This document shows, one piece after another, positions 1 to 13,699 of a stretch of DNA of 64,000 nucleotides (position 1 is its first letter; each line of letters opens with the position of its first letter). The notes beneath the pieces are model-generated. The model was not told the origin of the DNA, did not search any database, and was given only the letters and a program-made list of their open reading frames with translations. Source of the stretch: Eledone cirrhosa (taxonomy: Eukaryota); contig OZ024743.1 in assembly GCA_964016885.1 (NCBI GenBank), forward strand, positions 368,776,001-368,840,000, given 5' to 3'. Made by a program: the position numbers and the translations under genes.

Positions 1-68
1 ACCTTGAATATAAGCCATCGATTTTTTTTTTTCCACATATTTCTCAGATTATATACAAGTATATAGAG
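1..68 (-). mobile_element. End of a Tc2/pogo-type MITE, cut by the window edge
   Basis: The reverse complement (tatatacttgtatataatctgagaaatatgtgg...cttatattcaaggt) matches the left end of the MITE at 751-1232. Confidence 0.6.
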
Positions 69-750
69 TAAGTTAAGAGTACATGCATTTATGGAATGCT
101 CAGCCTCATGTAGGTTAATTTCATGAGAAGGCTGTTTCATTGATCAAACATCTGGGACACATCTGGTTTGAATGTCTGTGTGTGTGTAAGTTCACTTTTC
201 ACTATCCCTTGATTGAACTCCCACAGCCAAAATGTTGTCGCGTCGCTATGTTTGCAACTTAACTCTGAACAATATCAAAAGCTAAAATGGTGTACTTCAT
301 AGACTTTAAATATTTCAAATGTGAAACAGAGGCGATGTTAGGCCAGCTTTAAATTTGAAACAATAGCTATCTATAGTTCTTTATGCTTTAAATTAATATT
401 ATATATCTGTTTTCTCAGTTTGCAGATTTTCATAGATTTTTATTAGCTTTATTTTGATACTGTGACATCCCATTGCTTCTATATTTTCCTTTTGACATGA
501 TATTTATTGAAAATAAAGCACATTAAAAATTAGATTTGTTTTTAAATGTTCTTGTTTTAAAATATTTTCTTCAGTGGGAGGAGCATTAAACAAAGGACTA
601 GCAACCACTTTTCATAGAATAACTAATATACCACAGAAACCATCATAGGATTGACCAATGTGCAGCCTAGTACAGAATAGTAAAAACAATAAAACAAAAC
701 TTCATGTATTCAGTTTATTACTTTTATTTTCATATCTATATTAAGAATTA

Positions 751-1232
751 TTGTATATACTTGTATATAAGACAAGAAATATGTGACAAAAAAAATGGTA
801 AAATTGGGGTGACTTATATTCAAGGTCAATATTTTTCCGATTTTCACCAACTTCAAAATTCTATGTGATTAAGGTTCTAAAATATTTTCACTTTCAAAGT
901 AAATATGATACCAGTTTCATTTTGAAGGTAAATATTACACCGATTTCACTTTTGACATGAAATTCGTATTTTCTATTGTATTTTTTATGTTTTGACGGTC
1001 AGATATTGGTAAAAAAATCATTACTTAAAGGAGTTGTGAAACAAAAACAATACTCTAAATGGCACTTAAAAGACTTTAAATATCAAAACATTAAAACTTC
1101 ATAAATATATTTTCAAAACTGCACCATCTAAACATAATGTATTGGTTATCTGCTTCTGATTTTTTCCCATTTCTCAAACATAGGGGGTTGGCTTATATTC
1201 AGATCAACTTATATTCAAGTATATATATATAG
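751..1232 (+). mobile_element. Non-autonomous Tc2/pogo-like MITE (~480 bp)
   Basis: Imperfect TIRs gtatatacttgtatataag / cttatattcaagtatata, flanked by TA. Colinear with the copy at 40971-41463. Confidence 0.7.
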
Positions 1233-1239
1233 TAATTAA

Positions 1240-1886
1240 CTTCCTAGTGCCTATTTAATGATTGGTGCAGTGGATGTTCCTGGCTGATCTCTGCAGAAAT
1301 GCTTTCACCATCTTGTTTGCAAGGTGCAGCTGAAATGTACCACTCAGACAAGAGTGTAGAGATCACACTTCTCTCTTATTAAACACTTTCTCTTGATGTC
1401 TGAGGTTTGGATTTAGGGCTTAATGCTAAGCTTTTGGGGGCAGGTTGAATACAATATGGTTAAAACACAACATGGAAATGCTTGAATAAAGGTGGCACAA
1501 GACCATCCATTTCTGAAGAACAGGGGATAATATAGAAGTGTGGGAGCAGAGGTTAATGTAGTGATACAGAAGGCAAAGATAGGAGAGAATATGTGTGTAG
1601 GCCAGATTTTGGAATGTGTTGTTGAGCATTTTATGCAAATTAGCTGAGGGGGCCATGTTTGAGGATATTGTTTAAGATATCTATGTGTAGCAGCAGAACC
1701 ATCCCAGATGTGAAGGCAACATTCCATTGTGATTCTTAACTGAACTTTTCAGAGAGTTTGTTGTAGTTGGTAGGGTCACTGCAAATGTAGCTCAATGGAA
1801 TAAAATTCTAAAATACCAGGTATTATCAGCAACATATTCTTTCTTCAGATTGTGGTGTTTCAGACATTTAGGGGAGCTAAGCTATC
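1240..1886 (-). mobile_element. Possible, heavily decayed I/ingi-group LINE fragment
   Basis: Minus-strand remnants such as ILSPVL, STLLSE and QEHPLH weakly resemble the post-RT region of I-group LINEs. Many stops. Confidence 0.3.
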
Positions 1887-1901
1887 ATTATTAAGATTCT
1901 T

Positions 1902-2090
1902 GGCGGTGGATTGGCAGTATCAGTAGAGGGTCGGACGCCATTCTTTGATGCATAGAGTTACGGCCCTTGCCATTCTGAGTTCAAATCCCGCCAAGGTTAA
2001 CTTTGCCTTTCATCCTTACGGGGTCGATAAAATAAAGTACCAGTAATGCACTGGTAATTGCTGGCCTTGTGCCAAAAGTAGAAACAATTA
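1902..2090 (+). mobile_element. tRNA-derived SINE, short variant, with target-site duplication
   Basis: A-box-like tggcagtatcagt, B-box gagttcaaatcc, core gcctttcatccttacggggtcgataaaataaagtaccag (Meta/MESC-like). TSD attattaagattcttg at 1887-1902 and 2087-2102. Confidence 0.9.
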
Positions 2091-2294
2091 TTAAGATTCT
2101 TGTCATAGTTCCGGCTCACCTTACCGATGTCATGGATGACTGAGGCAAAGATAAATGGTAATATTGCAAGTGTGTTGGTTTGTTTAAAAAAATTATTAGA
2201 AGAAAACTTCAGTGCCCCTTTTCATGGCATGATGGAATGTTCATGTCTTCTCCCACCTTTGTTCTCCTCATTTCTTTAAATAAATTGTATTTCT

Positions 2295-2610
2295 TCTTTT
2301 TTTTCTTCACCTACTTATTCCTGGGTAGGTCGTTGGGGGCAGACTCCTCAAACATGCTTTCCAGTGAGTCCTCTCAGAAGCAACCATTTTTAATTAATCT
2401 GGTTGGGTCAGCTGAGCTTGTAGATATTATCCAATCATCTTGCCTGGGGTTTACTCCTGGGTCTCTTGCATGTAGGTTTTGCCTGTAAAATCTGTTCAGT
2501 GATTATTTCCTGAGACATTCTAATCACGTCTGTAATATTGGGGCTGTGATCTCTCAATTCAGAGAAGTGGTGATTCTACCTGACTCTACTGGAATGACTC
2601 TCTCATCTCT
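2295..2610 (-). mobile_element. RTE-clade LINE 3' end (Expander/Rex3-like family)
   Basis: Reverse-complement homolog of 3470-3830, ending in a (GAA)-like tail. Confidence 0.7.
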
Positions 2611-3469
2611 ATGCATGATTATATGAAATCAGATTATGCTTTTACTTTCACAAATAAGCAGTTAATATTCATGCCCACATTAAATAGACCAAAGGCATTT
2701 CAATTGTAACCATTTGATCTTGTTCTCAAACAATGTGTTTAAAACTATTTTATCCAATCTGAATTTCCATTTTTTTTTTCAGATGGTATGGGGTGATTTC
2801 ATGAAGATTTGACTTTTTTTTTCAAACAAGTTGTGAGTACAGTATAGATTCTTCCATATTTGTTTGTTTGCAGTTGAGTGACTGGGAGTAAGAGGTGGAG
2901 CATTCAGCTGTAGAAGCAATTGTTTTAACTGCAAATGTCCAGATTTTCAAAAGATATCCCACCCATGCTGTAAAACATTTTTTCTTTGTAAATAAAAACA
3001 TAATACTCTGAACAAATTATATAGTTTATTGAATTACTTTTTTATTATTATTCATGGCATTGTATTACCATTGTCTTATTTATAAAGGTAATATTTTATT
3101 TGATCTCTGACGATTTTCTTACGGCTACTTTAGTGCAAAACCCGACAACGAAAGCTCTTGGCATTTAATTGATTTTATAACTATAGTTCAGACGTCTTCT
3201 ATTTCTGTGTGAATTCAGTTTAATATCCCTCTGGGGTCATTTGATTGAAAAACAATTTCTCAGTTTGCGTTATTAAATAGAAACTTGATTTGATTAAAAC
3301 AGAAATGTTTCAAACGAAAATTTATTGTCAGCATAAATTTGACAGGAACTAAGAGCGATATTTATTTTGTATACATCTTGAAAACTTATTAACGTTGGCT
3401 TTAAAAAAAAAAAAAAAAAACAGTTCTATAGATTTACATACACTTTTATTTATTTATTTATTTATTATT

Positions 3470-3830
3470 TTGGAGTAACGTTACTTGATAGAGTGTGTAG
3501 CTCAGAGACAAGAGAGTCACTCCAGGTGGAGCTGCTACTTCTCCGAATTGAGAGATCACAGCTCCAATACTATGGGCATGTGGTTAGAATGTCTCAGGAA
3601 ATAAGCGCTGGACAGATTTTTACAGGCAAAACTAGCTGGCAAGAGACCCACGAGTAGACCCCAAGCAAGATGGTTGGATAACACCCATAAGCTTGACTGG
3701 TCACGCTTGGGGATCCAGATGGATCAGCTGGAGATGGTTACTTCTGACAGGACCCTCTTGAAGAAGTGTTTAAAAACTCTGCTCCCATGACCCTCTCAGG
3801 AATAAATGGGTGAAGAAGAAGAAGAAAAAG
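3470..3830 (+). mobile_element. RTE-clade LINE 3' end (Expander/Rex3-like family)
   Basis: Translates GVTLLDRVCSSETRESLQVELLLLRIERSQLQYYGHVVRM, an RTE C-terminus. (GAA)n tail. Confidence 0.8.
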
Positions 3831-4894
3831 AAAAAAAAAAGATTTATTTATTTTGTTTGTACCGGTCATATTTTCTATTAGCAGAAATATTGTTATGACT
3901 TGCCAGGATTCTCACAGGTGCAGTGCCCCACTGATGAGGGCAGAGAGTTCCCCTACTCTTGACCTGATGATTGGTTCCTCTGCTAAGTAAACAAGCACTG
4001 AAAACTGAGACAATTGTTTATTGGTGTTTACTTTTCAGCACAATCACGATTCCTGTTTCCCAAATGGATCCTTGCAAAACCCAACATGGGCAGCTGCCAG
4101 GTACTATGCCTTGTCAAAGAGTAACCTGGGATTTGGTCTTGGACTGCTTATTCAATATATTCACAGCTAACCTGAATGTTGTTCCTCTCTCTGCCACCTG
4201 AGAACCCAGTGTTATGGGAGTTACCTTCTCCATAACATCAGGCAGCAATGCTGGACAGGGTGAGCTAGAGGAAGAGCTTCATCATGGAACCAGTAACGGA
4301 TGTGTAGAAGAATAAGATTTATTTATTTATTTATTTATATTTTACATTGTAGGTACCAGGAAGTAGATGGTAAGGTCCAGGTTCTTGCAAATCAAAATTT
4401 TTTAGACAAAGTTTTCATTTCTACTTGTCGCCAGTTCACTTTACTAAGTTACTAAGTATGTTGAGAATTGGTAGAGTACACCATGACAGATGACATTTCT
4501 CATTTTCTACCGTTATGGTAGATAGAACAGAGCCAGGAAAGGAATTAGGGGAAGTAACAGATGTCCTCACCAGAAATGGGGTTCAAAAGAGTTTAAAAAA
4601 AATTAAAATTCAATGATAGTAACAATGACAATGATAAATAATAAATGGGTAAATAATAAATATATTGTTTAATCCATATCACCATGGCAAAAACAACAGA
4701 TGTTAAATGATGACGATGGCAATAATAATGAGGATGAGGATGAGGATGATGACGACAAAGACGATGACTTCTCTTTCCCTTGTTTTCAAACTCCAGAAAC
4801 AACCACCTATTGATGGACAGCAATAACAACAATAACAAAAGAAAAGAAACAGACGTTTTATTTTGTATTTATTTTATTTTATATTAGTTATTGT

Positions 4895-5045
4895 ATCTAT
4901 GAGTAGACTGCAGCCATACCGAGACATCTCCTTGGTTGGATTGGTCATACCAACCCCAGTATGTATTTGTCTAAAGTTTGGTACTTATTTTTATTGAGAA
5001 CAGTTTTTATCGAACTAGTAAGTTAGGGGACATAAACACAAACAG
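4895..5045. mobile_element. Decayed SINE-like dispersed repeat
   Basis: ctgcagccatac...ggtacttattttat...gaactagtaagttaggggacataaacac resembles a common octopus interspersed repeat (from memory). Confidence 0.4.
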
Positions 5046-5103
5046 TTACAAACATAAATATCGACATGGACACACACACATAGACACATATATACATATA
5101 TAT

Positions 5104-5387
5104 CAGGGGCGAAGGGTGCGTGCATGCAACGCATGCAATGCAGGCATTATAGAATCTTGAGTTGATCAATTGGGTCAGTTGAAGCAAGCAGAATTTTGGC
5201 TGCTTACTAAATCGTAGACACATAAAAAGATAACACACACACACTAGATAACACTACATGCGGCTTTGACCGGGAGGGTCATTTAGAGGGAATTGGAGGG
5301 GGGGGGGGGGGTAAGGCTGCACAGCCCCACTTTCCACCATGGCGATTGGACTGCATGTCCTGCTTTCCAGGTTACCCTTCGCCACTG
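5104..5387. mobile_element. hAT-type MITE
   Basis: TIRs caggggcgaagggt / acccttcgccactg (1 mismatch in 14), with 8-bp atatatat on both sides. Confidence 0.75.
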
Positions 5388-5529
5388 ATATATATATAAA
5401 AGAAGTAGCTAGTGTTGCCTGGGTTAAAGAAAATAATGAAAATTTATTCAAAACTTGATATTTGCTGATATATGTATTGTGATTAGTGATCCTAACATTT
5501 CCAGCATAACTAATTTTGTGAGATCAAGA

Positions 5530-6025
5530 TCATCATAATCATCGTTTTTACATCAGTTGTTCCATGCTTGCATGGGTTGGATGGGTCCTTTCCAGTACAG
5601 CATCTCACCTCTTGTTGCATTCCTTCTTCATCTCTTCTGTAAGTCTTAGCGATTTAAGACCAGCTCTCACCACCTCTGTCCTAGTCTTTCTCAATCTACC
5701 TCTACAGTGGCTTCCTTCCACTGGTATTTCCTGGTACTTCTTCACCCAGTGATCACCATCCAAGTGCCTCACATGTCTATACCAATGCAGTCTTCTCTCC
5801 TACACACTGCTTCAGATTCCGCTTAAACCCAGCTTCTCCCTCAGCTCATCCAAGCTCTGTCTTTCTCCAACATTTACATTGCAGATCCAATGAAATATGG
5901 CTGCTTCATTTCTCTCTAGTCTACACATGTCCTCCACAGTCACAGCCCATGTATCACTACCATGCAGCATCACACTTCACACACAGGTGTCATACAGTCA
6001 TCCTTTTGTACATAGAGAGAATGAG
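5530..6025 (-). mobile_element. RTE LINE 3' fragment
   Basis: Minus strand resembles the RTE C-terminus at 7.2-8.0 kb and ends in catgcaagcatggaac...aaacgatgat. Confidence 0.7.
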
Positions 6026-6593
6026 GACTCACTACATTAACTTTCAGTTATCTTTCGTAAACAGCAACAAAAGGCTACAGAAATGAATATGTAAAAAGAT
6101 ATTACAGGTTTCACAAATCTTATTTTCAGTAGTGTTTCCATAAATCAAAACACGTGTCACTCACTTTCTTTGCTTTCTTTATCTCTGTTTGTTTTACTCC
6201 TTGTTCATTTATGCTTAATTCCTATTTTGCTTTCGTGGCTATATGAAAAAGATATATATATATATACACGGGCTAAATATTAAGTAGATATAACCACATG
6301 GAAGAGATATAAAGAAGGTATGACCACACATTCTGCAACTGATAAAGGAGAGGATGGCTAATATGTTGATTGAATGCAGGAGAGGGAGCGACGTTTGAAT
6401 GCACATCGCTCACTTTCTTTACTTTCTTTATCTGTTTCTTTCTCTCCATGACTACCAACGTTATTTTTCCAAACTCAGTCTAAGAAACATAAACAAACCA
6501 ATATAGGTCCAAATCTAAAGAACTCACATGCCAAGTTTGAACATGATTGGTTTTTAAATGCAATGGAGACAAACCAACAAACAAATGAGCTAT

Positions 6594-7052
<459 letters not shown>

Positions 7053-7095
7053 AGTATATATATATATATTTATATATATATACATATATATATAT

Positions 7096-7149
<54 letters not shown>

Positions 7150-7151
<2 letters not shown>

Positions 7152-8358
7152 CTTGTCTAAGACTTAAGTTCTATTATGTAGGAAGAAGAATGGGGCACTG
7201 GTCCCTTCTGGGAAATGCTCAGTGTGTAGGAAAGGAGTAGGCAGAAACTCCATTTTATGTCCCAAATGCAAAGTATGGGTGCATAAAAGATGTAGTGGGA
7301 TCACAGGTAAGCTAACTAAGAATATAGATTTTATATGTGGCCGGTGCTCTGGTGCAATAAGTAGCAGCAAATGCCCACAGAATACTAGCTCATTCCATTG
7401 CCCAGATGGTTCTATAGAAATAGTAGACACTTTCCATTACCTGGGTGACAAAATCAGCAGTGGTGTAGGGTGCTCCGAAAGTACTGTAGCTAGAGTCAGA
7501 ACGGGATGGAAAAAGTTCAGAGAGCTTATACCACTATTGGCCGCTAAGGGTTTCTCTCTAAAAATGAAAGGCAGGCTGTATGATGCCTGCATACGAACAG
7601 CGATGTTACATGGCAGTGAGACATGGGTCTTGTGTGCAGAGGATCTACGCAGACTGGAGAGGAACGAAGCTTGCATGCTCTGAACGGCAAAGCATAAATG
7701 AACTAAGTGAGAAATTAGGAATAAGAGGGATCAGATGCTGTTTACTCGAGAGAAGGCTACGTTGGTATGGTCACGTGATGCGCATGAAAGACGACAGCTG
7801 TATAAAAAAGTGCAGGGTGATCAAAATAGACGGTAGCTACGGAGTAGGCAGACCCAGAAAAACCTGGGATGACTTGATAAATTCCGACCTCACACACTTA
7901 CACCTCTCCAAGACAATGTCACTGGACCGAGATCTTTGGCGCTACGCAGTAATACAGAAGACCCGTCTTGCCTAAGTACAAAGCAAAACCTACAGTCAGT
8001 AGGCACCTCTTAACCAAAATACACCCCTGTCCCACTATCCCTATCCCCACAGCCATCTACACCACCCCTTTCGATGTAAAGCTATGTTGGTACCACAACA
8101 TCCAGTCCTAAATAAATGAGGTCGTGTAGGTGTCACGACAAAAAAACACAGTCCATGCTGTAATGTGGCCGTGTAGGTAACACGGTATAAACCTCCCAGT
8201 TCACACTGTAAAAGTGGTTGGTCTTAGGAAGGGCATCCAGCCGTAGAAAACCCGCCAGACAGTCCCGAGCAAGACAACCAATCTTGCCTCAAGTGGGACA
8301 ATTCCCATCCAGACCCATGCTAGCGGGGAAGATGGACGTTAAACGATGATGATGATGA
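7150..8358 (+). mobile_element. 5'-truncated RTE LINE (Cys-rich insert, RT thumb, C-terminus, 3'UTR, (GAT)n tail)
   Basis: ORFs 7222-7683 and 7580-7975: CRKGVGRNSILCPKCKVWVHKRC, FHYLGD, LHGSETW, RRLRWYGHVMRM, GRPRKTW. Tail ggacgttaaacgatgatgat. Confidence 0.92.
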
Positions 8359-8379
8359 TATATATATATATATATATAT

Positions 8380-9386
8380 TTCAATTGCGCAGAGGGTTCT
8401 ATAGAAATAGTGGACAGCTTCCGTTACCTGGGCGATAAAATCAGCAGTGGGGGAGGGTGCTCTGAAAGTACTGTAGCTAGAGTCAGAACTGGTTGGAAAA
8501 AGTTCAGAGAGCTTATACCACTATTAGCTGCTAAAGGGTTCTCACTAAAAATGAAAGGCAGGTTGTACGATGCCTGCATACGAACAGCAATGTTGCATGG
8601 CAGTGAGACCTGGGCATTGTGTGCAGAGGATATACGCAGACTAGAGAGGAACGAAGCTTGCATGCTCCGCTGGATGTGTAACAGTAATATACGTGAACGG
8701 CAAAGCATAAACGAACTAAGGAAAAAATTAGAGATAAGAGGGATCAGATGTTGTTTACTCGAGAGAAGGCTACGTTGGTATGGACACGTGATGCGCATGA
8801 AAGTCGATAGCTGTATAACAAAGTGCAGGGCAATAAAGATAGACGGTAGTCACGGAATAGGCAGACCTAGAAAAACCTGGGACGAGCTGATAAACTCCGA
8901 CATCACACACTTACACCTCTCCAAGACAATGTCACTGGACCGAGACCTTTGGCGGTACTCAGTAACAGAGAAGACCCGCCTTACCTAAATATATAGTAAA
9001 ACCTACTCCAGCCAGTAGGCATCTCTAACAAAATACACCCCGTCCCACCACCACCACCCCCACCCGATCCACACCACCCCGTTCTATGTAAAGTTATGTT
9101 GGTGCCGCGCCATCGAGGCCGAAACAAATGAGATCGTGTAGGTGTCACGACAAAAAAACACACAGTCCACGCTGTAATGTGGCCGTGTAGGCAACACGGT
9201 AAAAACCTCCCAGACCCACACTGTAAATGTGGTTGGTGTTAGGAAGGGCATCCAACTGTAGAAAACCTGCCAGACAGTCCTATGCGAGCAAGACAATCAC
9301 TCTTGCCTCAAGTGGGACTACCCCCGTCCAAACCCATGCAAGCGTGGAACACGGACGTTAAACGTTGATGATGATGATGATGATGA
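8380..9386 (+). mobile_element. Second 5'-truncated copy of the same RTE family
   Basis: ORF 8410-8988 is closely similar to the previous copy. Same 3'UTR and (GAT)n tail. (TA)n flanks. Confidence 0.92.
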
Positions 9387-9402
9387 TATATATATATATA
9401 TA

Positions 9403-9930
9403 TCATCATCATCATCATCGTTTTACGTCAATTTTTCTATGCTCGCATGGTTTAGATGAGTTGTCCTGTTGTGTGCAATGCTAGGTCAGGTGACCATGTC
9501 TTGCACATACAGAACTGATTCGGGCTTGATTTCTACAGTCGGATGCCCTTCCTAATGCCAACCTCATTTACAGTGAGTACTGGCTGCTTTTTGTCGTGTT
9601 ACCAACACGACCACTTTACAGTGTGGGCTGGGGCTACACTGGATGTATGCTTCGTACTGCCCTCGTTGGAGATGTATCGGAGGGTGGAGTTGGGTGGAGT
9701 GGTGCATACTGTATATATATGCTTCAGTTTTGGCCTGTATCCATGGGAAGTCAGGTCTTCTGTATTACTGTGTAACACCATAGATCTCTTGAGAGATGCA
9801 ATTGGGCAAGGTCAGCTTTTATCTCCTCAGCCCAAGTCTTCTTGGGTCTCCCTACTCCAAGGCTTCCATCAACTTTGAGCACTCTACACCTTTATATGCA
9901 GCTGTCATCCTTCATATGCATTATCTCAAA
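9403..9930 (-). mobile_element. RTE 3' end, inverted relative to the 8380 copy
   Basis: (CAT)n then ggatgcccttcctaa, and the reverse complement of the GRPKKTW region. Confidence 0.8.
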
Positions 9931-9959
9931 AATGGCAGACTAAATACACGTGTTTTTTT

Positions 9960-10140
9960 TTCATTTTTTCCCCATTCCTTCCACTTCTCACTCTTTATCT
10001 TTCTATTTTATCTTTTATTTCTAACCCTATCTTCTGATGAAGGATTAATGTCCGAAACGTTAAGACTCTTTTCCCGCCATTCCAAATGTTAAACTGATAT
10101 ATTTCTTCAATGTACTGTGTCATTTGCTTTGTGATTTCTG
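9960..10140 (+). mobile_element. Penelope-like element terminal fragment
   Basis: Pyrimidine-rich flanks around a minimal hammerhead motif. Confidence 0.5.
10030..10065 (+). ncRNA. Minimal type I hammerhead ribozyme (PLE-type)
   Basis: tctt-CTGATGA-a-gga-ttaatg-tcc-GAAA-c-GTT-aaga: 4-bp stem I, 3-bp stem II, palindromic ACGT stem III, NUH = GUU. Confidence 0.7.
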
Positions 10141-10171
10141 TTTACTTTTTACACACACATACATATGTATA

Positions 10172-10252
10172 CATGTCCCCAAAAAATGTACACATACTTT
10201 GATTACCTGTACAGGCAATATTTATTAGAATGCATTTTTTGGGGACACCCTG
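10172..10252. mobile_element. Very short Tc1/mariner-type MITE
   Basis: Inverted repeat tgtccccaaaaaatg / cattttttggggacaccctg, flanked by TA. Confidence 0.65.
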
Positions 10253-10286
10253 TATATATATATATGTATGTGAGTGTATGTGTGTG

Positions 10287-10326
<40 letters not shown>

Positions 10327-10327
<1 letters not shown>

Positions 10328-11410
10328 CATCATCATCATTGTTTAACATCCATTTTCCACACTAGCATGGATTAGACGGGTTGTCCCATTTGAGGTAAAT
10401 TTAGTCAGATGATCGTGTTTTACTCATATACACACTGTTTCTGGCTAGGATTCTACAGCTGGATGCCCTTCCTAATGACGACTAGATTTACAGTGTGTGC
10501 TTTGTGCTTTTTGCCGTGACACCTACAACACCACTTTACAGTGTGGGCTGAATACATTTTGTTCACAATGTAAGGGTGGTGTGGACAGGAGTGGTTAAGA
10601 GGTGGCTACTTGGTGTGTGTTTGAGTCTGTCATGGGAAGGCGCGTCTTCTGTATTACTGCATAATGCCAAAGATCTCAATCCTGTGTCATTATTCAGTTG
10701 CATAAAGTCAGCTTTTATCACCTTGTCCCAGGTCTTCCTACTCCATAGCTTCCATCAATTTTGATCATCCTATACCTTTTTATACAGCTGTCATCTTTCA
10801 TACACATCACATGACCATACCTACACAATCTCCTCTCTAGTATACTGCATCTGATCCCTCTTATACCTAATTTCTCTCTTAGTTCAATTACACTGTGCCA
10901 TTCATGTATATTACTATTACACATCCATAGAAGTATGCATGCTTCATTTATTTCCAGTCTTCATCGGTCCCCTTCAGACAGTGCCTAGGCCTCACTACAA
11001 TGTAACATTGCTGTTCGTATACATACATCATACAATCTGCCCTTCATTTTAAGGGGAAAACCTTTTGTAGCTAGTAGCAGTAGTAGCTCTCTGAACTTTC
11101 TCCATCCCGTTCTTACTATGGCTACTGTACTTTTGGAACACCCTCCTCCACAGCTGATTTCATCACCCAGGTAACAGAAAGAGACGACTATTTCTATAGT
11201 ACCATCAGGGCATTTAAAGGAGCAAGTGTCTTGTGGGCACTTGCTACTTACTTGTATCTGCGGATCGGTTGCATATAAAGCCTATGTTCTTTGATAGCCT
11301 ACCTGTGATCCCACTACATCTTTTATGTACCCATAGCTTGCATTTGGGACATAGGATGGAATTTCTACCTGCTCCTTTCCTACACACTGAGCAAGGCCAT
11401 TTCCCACACG
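10327..11410 (-). mobile_element. RTE LINE 3' part (same family as 7150-8358)
   Basis: Minus ORF 10718-10924 (ELREKLGIRGIRC..LERRL), plus the Cys-rich insert near 11250-11400. Confidence 0.88.
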
Positions 11411-11695
11411 TGATGGTGACTCAACAAAAAGCACCCAGTCCCTCCTGTACGCCAGTCATCCTGGTGACATGACAAAAAACACCCAGTTCAACCTATTAGG
11501 TGGTCGTTTCGGTGCCCTGATAAAAAGCACCCAGTTCACACTGTAACGTAGCTACAGCATCCAGCCGTAGAAAACCAAGCCAAAACAGAGTTGTATAAGC
11601 ATGACATGGTATCTGGACCTGACTTGTCTCATTAAGTAACAACCTATCTAACCCATACAGACATGGAAAATGGATGTTAGATAATGATGATGATA
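11410..11695 (+). mobile_element. RTE-tailed SINE/3'UTR fragment
   Basis: Repeated aaaaagcacccagttc modules, catccagccgtagaaaac and a (GAT)n tail. Confidence 0.6.
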
Positions 11696-11819
11696 CTCAC
11701 ACATACGCATCAACATATATTTCTAGAAAGTATTCAGAAAAATATTGCTATTAAGAAAGATTACTGTTAAAAAAGAACCCAACTTTTTTTCTTTTCTACA
11801 CCAGTCGCTTTTAGGCAGC

Positions 11820-12250
11820 CAACATCTGTGATGATGTCCTACTCTGGATCTGTAGGCTTCAAAAAAACTGGCACCTGCATCATGACATTGCCCCAACTTA
11901 TTTGTCACAGCTGATACAAGATTTCTTGACAAAGAAAGACATTTTCGTTCATTCGCCAGGCTCCCTTCTCTCAAGATATACCTCCGTCTGACTTCTGATT
12001 GTTCCCAAAAATGAAGATGCCACTAAAATGTTCCCGCTTTGAGAGCCGAAAGGACCTCATGTGAACTGCGTCATTGGAATTCAGAGAAGCATTCTATACG
12101 TGTTTCAAATAATGGAAAGGTCTCTAGGCTAAGTACATGGAGGGACAAAGAGTCTGTCTACTTCGAAAGGGGATTAGCAACTGAACTATATCAAGTACGT
12201 AATTTTTCCCCTTTAGACCAAGGTCGGATAGTTTTTCTAGATACCTCGTA
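11820..12250 (+). mobile_element. mariner transposase 3' remnant with right TIR
   Basis: Degenerate HDNAP...QAPFSQDIPPSDF.LFPKMK (cf. YSPDLAPxDF). Ends ggtcggatagtttttctagatacctcg-TA. Confidence 0.75.
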
Positions 12251-13699
12251 TGTACGTGTACAATGTTTGTTTGTAAGCTGAAGATGTCGGTCATAAAATC
12301 GCATCCAGACTATTTATAGTTGTTTGCAACACTCCCCAGTATATTAGACTGATATATAAAAATGTCTGTGGCACACGCTATTCTTTTCACACGATTCAGA
12401 TAATCTATAGCAGCACTATGCTCGAATCAGTCCCATAATAAGACAGACACTAATACACAGACACAGCCCCTCCCTCGCCACACACACTAATTAGACTATG
12501 TAGCCGTCATCAGACAGATTTCTGAATGCCTGTACAACCACTGTTTTAAGAACATTTGTAAGTGTAACCTTTACCGCCAGACAAGCCAAGCCTCTTTAAC
12601 TGCTTTTTTCAGTTTTCTATGTCACAGCTGATCGGCGGATATCTTAAATGTATTTAATTTAGCGAATACTTAAGTGGTAAAAAATCCACAGGAATGATAA
12701 AATAGTAAAAGAACAAATAATTTATTAAAACAAACCCTAAAAATCACTTTCAAAGTTACTAAAAAGAACAGTAGAAGCTTAACGCTATTTCATTCTTAAC
12801 ACTTTTACTACACCGACTAATGTCTCTACTTCCTCACACTATATATCTTTCTATTCTCTATTTTCTTAGCTCGCTTATTTTTCTTTCTATCTTTAATTTC
12901 GACCTCCTCGTTATTTCTCTCGCAAGACTCTTACGTTACACTCTGAAAGAGAGGGAAAGAGAGCCTCTAACACCAAACAAACACTTCTCTTCCCTTTCTT
13001 ACCACAGTAGATTTATTCTTAAAAGCGTTTACGCCGCTACATATACACACATCCAGCAAAAAATTCTAGAAATAGGATTCTGGATCAACTAGAAATACAA
13101 ACTTGACATACTTTTATTTTTACAATTTTTTTCGGCTGTTACGAAAACCATCTGAGCCAAACAACATATTTCGCCCCTCGTCATTTATAAAGAAGAAAGT
13201 TTTACACAAAATCCTACAAAAGAAATTGAATAAATAAAAACGTCCTAAGTTTTTATGTGTTATTTTATATTTTATATTTCAACTGCAATAAACAAATAAA
13301 TAAACTTTCTTTGTGAACAAATCTGAAACAAAGAAGGAACCGAAACAACAACCTGCGTATAGATTAGGTACAGTGTCAATTCGTGTAGGTATAATTAGCT
13401 CGGTGATAACCTACCTAATTTATAAAATATTCAGAAGATTTGACACGTCATTGTTCATTGTTGAACAAACAAAACCCTAGACTTCTAGATGCAATGTATA
13501 AATGCTTCAGGGTGGTTGATAACCAACAAATATTCAGCATGCCAGTTATAATAGTCTAGTTTTGACCATCTCTTGTACTCAGTATATGTCTACTACTATT
13601 TAGATTATCGACTGCTGCAGAAATAAAATGATAAGGCCGTGGCGGCGACCTTGGCATAGGATTTTCCTTCTGTCGGCTGTCTTTAAACTACCCAATCTG

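Noticed and set aside
3925-3975. Two ctgatga motifs as hammerhead or C/D-box elements
   Set aside because: No GAAA/NUH with matching stems, and no terminal stem.
6150-6450. Duplicated ctcactttcttt..tttctttatct with nearby hairpins as another ribozyme-bearing end
   Set aside because: The core is ctgataa with no properly placed GAAA. Left unclassified.
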